From a virus, in the IMG/VR virus record IMGVR_UViG_3300021963_000055, positions 40,878 through 104,877 of that record: a stretch of DNA of 64,000 nucleotides. One strand, given 5' to 3'. The notes below the pieces were generated by a model. That model searched no databases and had not been told where the DNA came from. It worked only from the letters and a program-made list of their open reading frames with translations. Both the position numbers and the translations under genes were made by a program. Below, piece after piece: positions 48,238 to 57,110 of this stretch (its first letter is position 1; each line of letters begins with the position of its first letter).

Positions 48238-48513
48238 TCAAACAGTCTCCTGATAGATTTTCATACCCTTACGGAGACGGATTGTATCATCAATCATTTC
48301 ACCAACCTGTTCGTAAATGTAGGAAGAACCTCCTACATCACAGAGAACATCTTCAGTGAGTTCTTTAGAGAAACGCACTTCGTCGCAGTTTTCACCAACG
48401 ATCTCAAATACATCATCTTGAGTGAATACAAACGCAGCACAACCTGCGTTCTCACCTTGACGCTCAATCATTTGGTTGATTGAGTCACGAAGTTCAGAAA
48501 GTGTGCGGTACAT
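48238..48513 (-). CDS. Hypothetical protein
   Basis: MYRTLSELRDSINQMIERQGE; own promoter upstream. Confidence 0.7.
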   Translation of the reverse strand: MYRTLSELRDSINQMIERQGENAGCAAFVFTQDDVFEIVGENCDEVRFSKELTEDVLCDVGGSSYIYEQVGEMIDDTIRLRKGMKIYQETV

Positions 48514-48539
48514 GGGTTGGTTCCCTTGACTACCTCAGT

Positions 48540-48593
48540 AGGTTAACCGATCTGCGGGGGCATGTCAACCTTTGATTCATTAGCCTTCTTAAT
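48540..48593 (-). promoter_or_regulatory. Sigma70 promoter with LysR/RbcR-type box
   Basis: TTGACA-N17-TAACCT; ATTAG-N5-TTAAT at 48579-48593. Confidence 0.65.
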
Positions 48594-49083
48594 ACGTGCG
48601 GAACGTTTCCGCATTTCATACTGATGGTTCCGTGTGAAAGCATAAAGAATCACAACAAGTGCTCCAGCTAGTCCAGCAACAGCTGCGATAGCATTGACTT
48701 CAACAGGGAATGTAGTGGTTTCAATCATTGAGAATACCTTCAAGATGGTCAAGACAGAGTGTAACATAGGTTTGATCTTCTTCGATCAGTTCACGATACT
48801 CTGCATAGAGAGCATCAGCAATTCTGAAGTTCTTGTGCATTGTTTTGTAGGTCTTAGCCTTTACTGCACGATTATTGAACTTCTCCATTCTCTCCATAGC
48901 ATTTGCATGTGAGAGATAGATTGAATAATCAGCTTCGTCCATTATGGTTGGGATCTCCTTTACCTTCAAGTGATTTTGCAAGAAGTTCTGCATACTTCTC
49001 AAGATATGCTGTATCATAGGCTGCTAGATGGTTCTTTGTCAATTCTTTGTGCATGTTGTTGAGGTTAATCCAATCTTCTGTGT

Positions 49084-49698
49084 TCATAGTTCTAGGTCCA
49101 CGTAATTTAATTCAGCCAAACCGATATATTCAACACCTTTGTATATGGTGTGGTGATCAACATGCCAGTGACCATGAATGAATAGATCAGGTTTGTGAAT
49201 CTCTAGTATATTATCAAGAAATTGACGAGTTATAGATGTGTCGTCATATTTCGTTAGATTACACTTAGAGCACACTATGTAGGTGAGGCTTTCTGGCATT
49301 TCATGTGCCACTACAACTTGTGGTTTCAGTTTCTCATAGTCATCGCACAACTTTAGAAACTGCTTGTAAGATAACTCTTCATCACTCCACCAGTTTAGTC
49401 CTTCTGTTCTCATGTGTGCATCAATTGATTTTGCACCACCAACACAGAAGATCTTATCATGAATCAAAGTACCATCTTTTATCCAGAATGGATGATTTGC
49501 ACATACATTTGGATTGTCATGGTTGCCACGAATAAACTTGTGGTCTCCCTTTTTCATGTGATCATATGGTGGATTGGAATGACCAGAGAATCCTACACCG
49601 AAATCACCAACTTGAATTGAAACATCGCATTCATTGATGATCTTCTTGTATCGTTTCCAATTGCCATGAACATCACCAATGAAGCGAATAGTTTTCAT
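49084..49698 (-). CDS. Calcineurin-like metallophosphoesterase
   Basis: Motifs GDVHG, GDFG, RGNHD, HGHWH. Confidence 0.92.
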   Translation of the reverse strand: MKTIRFIGDVHGNWKRYKKIINECDVSIQVGDFGVGFSGHSNPPYDHMKKGDHKFIRGNHDNPNVCANHPFWIKDGTLIHDKIFCVGGAKSIDAHMRTEGLNWWSDEELSYKQFLKLCDDYEKLKPQVVVAHEMPESLTYIVCSKCNLTKYDDTSITRQFLDNILEIHKPDLFIHGHWHVDHHTIYKGVEYIGLAELNYVDLEL

Positions 49699-50018
49699 TT
49701 CTTAAGCCATTTATACAGAAGATAGATGCCCCCAATTACAATGAGAGCAAGAATAATGTAGCGGAACACCCAAATAGCAAGCAAGCATAAAAGTATCAGA
49801 ACTCCACCAAAACTAACATCAGGACTGAAACTAGATGATGAAGATGAATCGCTGCTAGATGATTTACTAATTGGATTGCAAAACTTTACTTCCTTTGCCC
49901 CATACATTGACTTTACTTGTGCAATTGCATCTTCACGCCATGGTCCAGGAGTTTCGATTTCTACATTCTGAAGCACATTGGATTGTGTCAGAATGAGTGC
50001 TTTCCAATAGTGTGTCAT
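49695..50018 (-). CDS. Membrane protein
   Basis: Ser-rich linker followed by a long C-terminal hydrophobic segment. Confidence 0.65.
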   Translation of the reverse strand: MTHYWKALILTQSNVLQNVEIETPGPWREDAIAQVKSMYGAKEVKFCNPISKSSSSDSSSSSSFSPDVSFGGVLILLCLLAIWVFRYIILALIVIGGIYLLYKWLKK

Positions 50019-50428
50019 GTCAGCGACTCATGCGATAGATGATACAACGCTTGAACTCTTGCCATTCAGTATCACTAAAATTGTCGCTAGCATAAGGAAT
50101 GCCAACATCAGAGGCACATTGCTTTGCAACACTTTCAGGAACAGGAGTCGATAGGAAATCATACTGAACAACTGTAGCAAGTAGAAAGGGAAGCATCAGT
50201 TTTCCTCAGTTGGGGTGAAACGATCAGACCAAAGTTCATAGAACATTTCTTTCATGTTCTCAACCATAGTATATCGTTGAATGATGGGGTTGTCAAGTGG
50301 GAGATCCCACATACCATCATCATATGGAGACACAAGTTGAAATGCCTCCATTGTGTGGCATAGAATTTCATTCAACAATTCGTGTTGAGATTCAGTCAGA
50401 GTGACTGTGATGTTACCTTCGTTCATAA

Positions 50429-50692
50429 TCAGTTTTTGTTTACAGTAACGAGGCCAGAGAATACAAGTCGAACACCAAGAATGATGCCCCAGACTTGCCA
50501 AATAGTCAGTGCAGTGTAATTAAATAAGCTAACCAGAATCCAGTGAACAATCCATGCTACAGGAATCATGAGTAGAGCACTCAAAGCGAATGCAAATACT
50601 GCAACGATGATAAGCCCTGTAATAGCACCTAGAGCTTCAGCCCAGGTATAGTTTTTGTTGTCCATGCGTTTGCGTCGTCGTGTGTAGGTCAA
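50429..50692 (-). CDS. Two-helix membrane protein
   Basis: Hydrophobic segments; promoter TTGACA-N17-TATTGT at 50744-50716 with a GTGACAG dyad at 50752. Confidence 0.65.
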   Translation of the reverse strand: MTYTRRRKRMDNKNYTWAEALGAITGLIIVAVFAFALSALLMIPVAWIVHWILVSLFNYTALTIWQVWGIILGVRLVFSGLVTVNKN

Positions 50693-50771
50693 GAAACCTC
50701 CGTGTCAACAAAGACACAATAGGTCAGATTGGCTGGGCTGTCAAGTGGTATGTGACAGCCCATGGACTGGA

Positions 50772-52013
50772 TCAGTCAACATAGTATTCAGGTGGGATGC
50801 CCTGCCTGAATACGAAGTCTACCACACTCTGGAGCCGTTGCTGGATGTTCTTGCCATGGTTCTTGTGAACTGGTACAGTCACAAAGCCATATGATTTACG
50901 ATAGGACAGATAATCACCAGGAGTGAGTACACCATTGGCCATATCTTGTGCATCTTCTCTATCAACACGAATAACTCGGCCAATAGTTTGACACATTTCA
51001 ATCACGTTGAGATTTCGCAGGAGAATGGAGTGCGTGAGCCCTGGACAGTTGATGCCCTCACTCAAAATAGAATAGTGAAACAATACAAACTTCTTTTGTC
51101 TGTCTTGACCCCATTTAGTCATGGTGTCAAAGAATACTTCACGATTCACTTTCTTGTCATTGACATATGCACCTTCTTTAGATGTGATGTGCATAATCTC
51201 ATAGCCACGTTGTTTGAATTGATTCATGACATCAGTACGAAACAACATCTGACATAAAACCTTGGTACTAGGTGCAGCAACTAGTACTTTTTGAGATTTA
51301 TTTGAGTCTAGGCCATCTAGTATGGATAATAGCGTTTTAGCATCATGTTTTGCTGCATTATCTTTCTCACGCACACCATCTACCTCAAAGACTTGCACCA
51401 TGGGAGGAATGATGCTACCATTCTCAATCAACTCAGGTGCAGGTACATTCTCAATAACTTGACCAAACACAATAGAGTTATTCATGCCACGACCTTTTGG
51501 ATTCTGTGACAGTTTAGGTGTAGCAGTGAAGTAATATGCAGACTCTGCATGTTGAGACATCATTGCAGTAGAAACAAAGAAGTCTCGCTTACAGGCATTG
51601 TGAGCCTCATCAAAGTAGACTGTATCAATGTGTATTCCACTGTCAACAATACGATGAAGAGAATGATAAGTAGTAAAAAGTAGTTGGTGTTCATTATTAG
51701 ATTTAACCATGTTGTGGAACATGGTGATATGATCAGGATTAGTTGTAGAGAAGTGCTTAGTCTCGCCAGAATGAATGTGAGCAACCACAGCATTCTTGAT
51801 TTCTTGAGTAAACTCTGCACATAACTGATTCGCAAGCAAGATGCGAGGAGCAACAATCAGTGCAGTAAAAGGTTTGTCTGATTCTGATAATCTACGCATG
51901 AGATCACGAATCATGATCAGAGTCTTGCCACCACCTGTAGGAACATATACCTGGCCCATACGAACCAGTTCCATCTTGGTGAGGCTTCGGGCTTGGTGGG
52001 GACGGAGCTTCAT
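50772..52013 (-). CDS. Superfamily 2 DEAH-box helicase (ResIII-like)
   Basis: Q-motif LRPHQ, PTGGGKT, DEAH, TATP, ILSEGIN, QTIGRVIR; promoter TTGACA-N18-TATGGT at 52064-52035. Confidence 0.9.
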   Translation of the reverse strand: MKLRPHQARSLTKMELVRMGQVYVPTGGGKTLIMIRDLMRRLSESDKPFTALIVAPRILLANQLCAEFTQEIKNAVVAHIHSGETKHFSTTNPDHITMFHNMVKSNNEHQLLFTTYHSLHRIVDSGIHIDTVYFDEAHNACKRDFFVSTAMMSQHAESAYYFTATPKLSQNPKGRGMNNSIVFGQVIENVPAPELIENGSIIPPMVQVFEVDGVREKDNAAKHDAKTLLSILDGLDSNKSQKVLVAAPSTKVLCQMLFRTDVMNQFKQRGYEIMHITSKEGAYVNDKKVNREVFFDTMTKWGQDRQKKFVLFHYSILSEGINCPGLTHSILLRNLNVIEMCQTIGRVIRVDREDAQDMANGVLTPGDYLSYRKSYGFVTVPVHKNHGKNIQQRLQSVVDFVFRQGIPPEYYVD

Positions 52014-52060
52014 GGGTGATGAACGAATGGGTCCACCATACCATGGCAGACCCACACATG

Positions 52061-53866
52061 TCAATAGCCTATCTTCAAATATACTGGATTCAAACGATTT
52101 ACCATTTTCTTCAATCTTTGTCTGCCACCAAGATTTTTAAGATTTATGTGTCTACCATCGAATATAATCAATCCAATTGAAGATGCTGCTGCATATAGTG
52201 ACATAACAAATGAATCTTTAATCCAGTCATGAACTATTTTTTCATGAGATACAACATATGATGCCATTTCAAACATCGACATCTTTTGTGCATATGATTC
52301 TGCTTTATTAGATATGCTACTGAATTTAGGATATTTATCACTAAAATTAAAATTGCCAAGTGGTTTCATATTTTTAGATAAACGATTGACATATTCAAAT
52401 AGTATTTGTTTTACTTGTTCATCAGTTCTATTGTTCATTAAGTCTGTGATTAATGCTTTAAAATCACCTTCCGTCAACATTTTTCCAGATTTAATAATAG
52501 GTGACTTGCTATACTTAGAAAAGACTTCCTTTCTAGATTTTAATAATGCACTCATAAAAGCTGCTTTTCTTGGAAGTTTCAATATAATTTTCTGAAATAG
52601 ATATTGCCTTGCAATTCCGCCAAGTCCAGCATTAGAAGTACTTTTATCTGGCATGATATGTATTTGCCCACTAGTAAACCATAATTTATTACCTTTAAAT
52701 TTTCCTTTTTTGAACTGCGTCTTAAACGGAATATCCATTCCTTGCTTGCCAATACCTAAATTTGCAGAATCAAATTCAATGTCTATCATATCATTAATTT
52801 TTTTAATAAATGATTGTTTAGAATTTGTATCAAATAATTCTATAACTGCTTTCATATATTCATCTTCCAACGATTTAGAATCATCTAACTTATATGAACC
52901 TACCACTTTAATTCTTGACGTGATGAAATTGTCATCCGTAGAATCTATATCCTTAGTTACTAATTGTTTCAATGAAATAGGAATAATTACTCCATTTTTA
53001 AACGCATGATTCATAAAATGTCTATATTGATTGTGAGTTAATTTTTTATCTTTACGATTAAATACAGCCATTACTTTTTCATACATTTCATCACTTTCAT
53101 CATAGATGTACATGTCTGCCGTAGTAAGTTTATCTGGAGATGAATAATAATTTGATTCTGTCGATTGAATCCTTTTGAATGGACCACTTTTTAAATGAGA
53201 TGCAGATTTTTCTTCTGCAACAGTATATTCCGAGAGAGTTTTAGATAAGTTTAATTTAGACTTATTTGCATATATTGTTTTTGCATTAGCATATGCATCC
53301 ACAAGATACATGTAATTATCATTGTGTGACATAATTTGAAAATCTTTAACATCACTCTTAATGAGTAATTTATTTGATTTTGTTATATTTCCTGTTTCTA
53401 AATTAAACAATATATCATATATTTTAACTTTTGGATTGTTGAAGAAGTAGTTAATTACATAACAAATAAATTCTTGTCTGAATTCAACTTTAGGTTTTGT
53501 AGCTGATGTAAAATTATAATATTTTACAGTATCTGCAGGATTGAATGCAAGTCCAGTTAGTTTTGATATTGCCCCAATAATTGCAGATTGTGTAAAACCT
53601 AGTTTAGGTTTATTTGAATCTATCATAGTTTCCAATACTATTCTAGATATGCATATTTTATTTCCAATATCATAACAAAATTTCTCAGTGTCTTTAAGAG
53701 TTTTTAATTTATTTCTTGTTTCTACTCTGCTTCGTTCTTTTATATTTTTTGGCTGATCTATTTGAACTAAATTATCTCTACATGCGATTAAAAACTCATC
53801 CAATACTGAACTATTTTTTAATTTAGTGTCGTTCAATACATCCTTTACTGTGTAAATAGTAGTCAT
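52061..53866 (-). CDS. AT-rich 601-aa protein, possible PD-(D/E)XK-fold nuclease
   Basis: PDKLTTADMYIY...IIPISLKQ motif pair; CTAAATA at 53889-53895. Confidence 0.5.
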   Translation of the reverse strand: MTTIYTVKDVLNDTKLKNSSVLDEFLIACRDNLVQIDQPKNIKERSRVETRNKLKTLKDTEKFCYDIGNKICISRIVLETMIDSNKPKLGFTQSAIIGAISKLTGLAFNPADTVKYYNFTSATKPKVEFRQEFICYVINYFFNNPKVKIYDILFNLETGNITKSNKLLIKSDVKDFQIMSHNDNYMYLVDAYANAKTIYANKSKLNLSKTLSEYTVAEEKSASHLKSGPFKRIQSTESNYYSSPDKLTTADMYIYDESDEMYEKVMAVFNRKDKKLTHNQYRHFMNHAFKNGVIIPISLKQLVTKDIDSTDDNFITSRIKVVGSYKLDDSKSLEDEYMKAVIELFDTNSKQSFIKKINDMIDIEFDSANLGIGKQGMDIPFKTQFKKGKFKGNKLWFTSGQIHIMPDKSTSNAGLGGIARQYLFQKIILKLPRKAAFMSALLKSRKEVFSKYSKSPIIKSGKMLTEGDFKALITDLMNNRTDEQVKQILFEYVNRLSKNMKPLGNFNFSDKYPKFSSISNKAESYAQKMSMFEMASYVVSHEKIVHDWIKDSFVMSLYAAASSIGLIIFDGRHINLKNLGGRQRLKKMVNRLNPVYLKIGY

Positions 53867-53895
53867 CTAGACTGTACTGCATTTTAAATATTTAG

Positions 53896-53920
53896 AAAAA
53901 AAGAGGGTCTTTCGACCCTC
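53896..53920 (-). terminator. Rho-independent terminator
   Basis: Minus strand GAGGGTC-GAAA-GACCCTC followed by T7. Confidence 0.88.
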
Positions 53921-53925
53921 TAAAA

Positions 53926-54336
53926 TCACTTATTCATTTGAAGTGTCGGAACTGGCATTCCACCTTCAGTCGGTACATAGATGGTCACGTTACCATTCTT
54001 GCTACCATCTTCAAGACCAGTGATATACAGATACTGAAGATACTCACGATTATCCTTCAGACTGTCACCAATAATCTGGTTTGCCTTAGCAACACCAGTA
54101 GCACGGATGATCTCAGCATCAGCAAGTTGTTGTGCTGAATCTTTCTTTGCTTGTGCTTCCAGTACTGCTACCTGTCGGGTGTATTCTGCTTTCTGCAGTT
54201 CTGCTTTACCTGCAAGAGATTGTTGCCACACATTGTATTGTGGACCACCAATGAAGATGAGACCACCAATCACAAAAAAACCACCGACAATCAGAATAAC
54301 AGCGGGGTCAATAAAACCATTACGATCAGTTTTCAT
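53926..54336 (-). CDS. Membrane-anchored SPFH/band-7-related protein
   Basis: N-terminal TM helix, AE..RA.GVAKAN.IIG.SL...YLQY, IYVPTE. Confidence 0.65.
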   Translation of the reverse strand: MKTDRNGFIDPAVILIVGGFFVIGGLIFIGGPQYNVWQQSLAGKAELQKAEYTRQVAVLEAQAKKDSAQQLADAEIIRATGVAKANQIIGDSLKDNREYLQYLYITGLEDGSKNGNVTIYVPTEGGMPVPTLQMNK

Positions 54337-54510
54337 AAATCATTCCTTCCATTTGTGCAGAGAGTTCAAGAAGTTCATTCTTGAGTTTTAGATTTTCTTC
54401 TTCAAGAATCCCAAGCCTACGCTTGAGATCAAGGTTTTCAGAATACAAACACATTGCATCAAGTTCTGCATCTGTGTATTTGTTTGTGGTGCCTGAAATT
54501 GTGAATTCAT

Positions 54511-54678
54511 TCATTTGAGACCAACCTCTTTGAGATAATCATGATACCGCATGAATCTTGTGAGTGATGGATGTCCTGGCGGCTTCAGGCTCCAACAGCA
54601 TTCAGTATAGGACAAAAACTCATACCAAGGAGTCGTTGGGTCCAGTACGTGGACTGGTACATCATTAGAGTTTTCCAC
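54511..54678 (-). CDS. Small conserved cyanophage protein (GTG start, 55 aa)
   Basis: HVLDPTTPWYEFLSYTECCWSL...RFMRYHDYLKEVG. Confidence 0.6.
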   Translation of the reverse strand: MENSNDVPVHVLDPTTPWYEFLSYTECCWSLKPPGHPSLTRFMRYHDYLKEVGLK

Positions 54679-54901
54679 CTACCACCCCTTCGTAAGATTT
54701 ACTGTCGGAAAAACCTTCTTGTTTTCCTTTAAGATAGAATCTTGTTGCAGCGATGCAAGATTCTCGTGAGAGAGAAGTAATAAGCGAGTCCCCATTCTTA
54801 TGAAAACTCTTCCAAGTTTTCCAGCGACTTTGTTCAACACGGAATTCATCATCAATCCAGTCTACCTCTGCAATTTCAGGATGTTCGTTTTGGTTTGTCA
54901 T
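54665..54901 (-). CDS. Conserved hypothetical protein
   Basis: WIDDEFRVE...C-terminal YEGVVGGKL. Confidence 0.7.
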   Translation of the reverse strand: MTNQNEHPEIAEVDWIDDEFRVEQSRWKTWKSFHKNGDSLITSLSRESCIAATRFYLKGKQEGFSDSKSYEGVVGGKL

Positions 54902-55218
54902 TCAAATTCTCCAGTGCGGTTCTTGATTGTTCCTGACAAATATACTCCCTCAATTCGGGTGTCTCCGTCCATTCCCAGATAGTTCCGTCTTTCTGAGTAT
55001 AACTTTTCGGCATAGTTTGCATTTTCATAAATTTCTACCTCAACTTTAATTTCTCGGTCATTCCAATGTCTTACCACTCCAGCAATAATAAATGCATTGG
55101 TAATAAGATATGTAGTAAAGATAAAGGTACGAATAATAGCAACCTTATCAGCTACTTGATCTTTTTTGTGTGCTTTTTCTCCGAGTGCGAGTGCCCACAG
55201 GTGCCACAGGTGTTTCAT
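54898..55218 (-). CDS. Conserved hypothetical membrane protein
   Basis: WALALGEKA...ADKVAIIRT...TNAFIIAGVVRHWN. Confidence 0.7.
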   Translation of the reverse strand: MKHLWHLWALALGEKAHKKDQVADKVAIIRTFIFTTYLITNAFIIAGVVRHWNDREIKVEVEIYENANYAEKLYSERRNYLGMDGDTRIEGVYLSGTIKNRTGEFE

Positions 55219-55419
55219 CTGGTGTAAAGAATGTGTCTAGTTCAGAAAACAGTTGTTGTTTCTTTTGTTTTTGTTTGATTGTTTGAATACTTGCATTGGT
55301 TGGTTTGTATCTTTCGATATGTTTTTGAAGATGCTCTTCACACATAAACCAACAAACTCGTTCATCCTTTCCATCGGTGTATTCTAGCCTGTATGGAAAT
55401 CCTTCGTATGGAAAATCAC

Positions 55420-55785
55420 TCATCTAAGTATTTCAATGTGTGTAATCTTACCTAATTTAAAACATATACTACATCGTGGCCATGCTTCCCAAGTATCGTT
55501 TGGGTTTTGTTCTGGATAAACCTCAATACAATCAGTAATATATTGAGGTCGAACAATCCCATGATTGCCATTTGGAATCCATTGAAATGTGGCCCAAGGT
55601 GGAAGTGATTCGTCATCAACTTCTACAAAGTCTGCAGTCATGCACTCATCAATCTCAAATAGTTCACCTGCAGGGCTAATCCAATATTCAAACATAGAAC
55701 ATTTAAGTCCTTTGGTTTGTAGTGTATGATTATTGAAATGTTCGTTGATAGGATATGAGCAACGAACACGGTCAAACAGTCCCAT
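55420..55785 (-). CDS. Conserved phage hypothetical protein
   Basis: MGLFD.V.C...QTKGL.C.M..YWI...G.L. Confidence 0.7.
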   Translation of the reverse strand: MGLFDRVRCSYPINEHFNNHTLQTKGLKCSMFEYWISPAGELFEIDECMTADFVEVDDESLPPWATFQWIPNGNHGIVRPQYITDCIEVYPEQNPNDTWEAWPRCSICFKLGKITHIEILR

Positions 55786-56258
55786 TAGAAATCACCTTTA
55801 CCTTGGGAGACATCAAAAGTAAATATACCACGCTCCTGCCACATTGTCAAGACCCGTTTTCGATCATCAAATACTGCAAAGATTTCATACTGTTCTTCGA
55901 TCTGATCAGCAATCTCTGCCTTAACAATAGCATCATCACGATGGTCTTGATACTTTCTCATATAGAGAGCATTATAATCATCAGTCGTGATATTGTTATC
56001 TTCAAACCATTTCAGAGTTACATCACGATAATCATCAGATCGACCACTCACAAAGAAAATAGCATAGAAATACTTCAATGCATGAAACATTGCAAGCACT
56101 TGATTTACAGGTTTATCATTAGCAATACCACGATTCCATGCGTCCCAGTTACGAGGCTTGGTTGCAACAAACTGTCTACGATGTGAAACATCACACAGAG
56201 TACCATCCAGATCAAAGACGATACACTTTTCTTTAGGAGTATTCGTAGAGGAATCCAT
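55785..56258 (-). CDS. HAD 3'-phosphatase, the phosphatase half of T4 Pnkp (PseT)
   Basis: Motifs FDLDGT, VSGR, LYMR...D.RDD..VK, FDDR, C-terminal GDF. Confidence 0.9.
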   Translation of the reverse strand: MDSSTNTPKEKCIVFDLDGTLCDVSHRRQFVATKPRNWDAWNRGIANDKPVNQVLAMFHALKYFYAIFFVSGRSDDYRDVTLKWFEDNNITTDDYNALYMRKYQDHRDDAIVKAEIADQIEEQYEIFAVFDDRKRVLTMWQERGIFTFDVSQGKGDF

Positions 56259-56613
56259 GGTTGGTAGTGTAGTGAACGTGAGTAATGCCAGCTTCTTTAA
56301 GTGCTAGTTGGCAAATAGGACATGGCCGAGCCATTCGTAATTTACCCTGTGGATTGATCCTAGCGACAATGATAGTATCTACTTCATCACGACACTTAAC
56401 AAGTGCAGCAATCTCTGCATGAAGATAGATTTTTTCTTTGAGACCCACTCGTTCAGCGAACTTAGCTTGAAGTGGATGAGACTTAGTTTCCAGGTTAGTT
56501 GCAGCTACAATCACCTTGTTTTTATTGAGTAGCAAAGCGCCAACTTGTTTCTTTGATGGGGAAGACTTTGCAGTTGCAATAGCCTGGTCAAACACCGAGT
56601 CAGAAATCATCAT
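56233..56613 (-). CDS. Zn-dependent nucleotide/nucleic-acid deaminase
   Basis: HAE and RPCPIC motifs, VGALL strand. Confidence 0.9.
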   Translation of the reverse strand: MMISDSVFDQAIATAKSSPSKKQVGALLLNKNKVIVAATNLETKSHPLQAKFAERVGLKEKIYLHAEIAALVKCRDEVDTIIVARINPQGKLRMARPCPICQLALKEAGITHVHYTTNHGFLYEYS

Positions 56614-57110
56614 GCTACCTGCAATTTCAGATGCGACCCATCATGAGTCATAATAACATCAAAACCTTCGTCTTCAGTTGGCATTTCAAATTGGTGATAC
56701 ATGCGAGTAATAACAGAACGTGGAATGAATTTGTTTGCTCGTTGAGAATTGCGAATGATAGCTTCTTCAAGAGTGATAGGAAGAACCACTGCAGTCTTGG
56801 TATATTCTTCTGGAATCTTCTTTAGTTTCTTGATGCGAGACTTTCTAGAGACATTAGTTTGGTCCCAGATGATAGACTTGCCTCGTTGGATAGCAAGTTC
56901 TAGGTCTTGATACATGCGTGTGGTAGCTTCATCAATAACTTCATCGAAGACTTCATTGTAAGTCTTGTTATTTGCTTTGGCATATTCTTCGATGTAATTA
57001 TCTGTGGAAAGAATTACATATTCATCAAACACATCTGCATTTTCAATTCCCCTGCGAATGTAAGTAGACTTGCCTGCACAAGGAATGCCACACATCATAA
57101 TCAGTTCCAT
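56610..57110 (-). CDS. P-loop polynucleotide kinase (AAA_33), the kinase half of Pnkp
   Basis: Motifs CGIPCAGKST, LSTD, WDQTN, RNSQR, PT.DEGFD. Confidence 0.88.
   Translation of the reverse strand: MELIMMCGIPCAGKSTYIRRGIENADVFDEYVILSTDNYIEEYAKANNKTYNEVFDEVIDEATTRMYQDLELAIQRGKSIIWDQTNVSRKSRIKKLKKIPEEYTKTAVVLPITLEEAIIRNSQRANKFIPRSVITRMYHQFEMPTEDEGFDVIMTHDGSHLKLQVA

Noticed and set aside
54604-54660. GTCCAGT...ACTGGTAC dyad with a TATACT, resembling a class C promoter
   Set aside because: It lies within a plausible coding frame (HVLDPTTPW) and the spacing is slightly off. It may be real but is not well enough supported.
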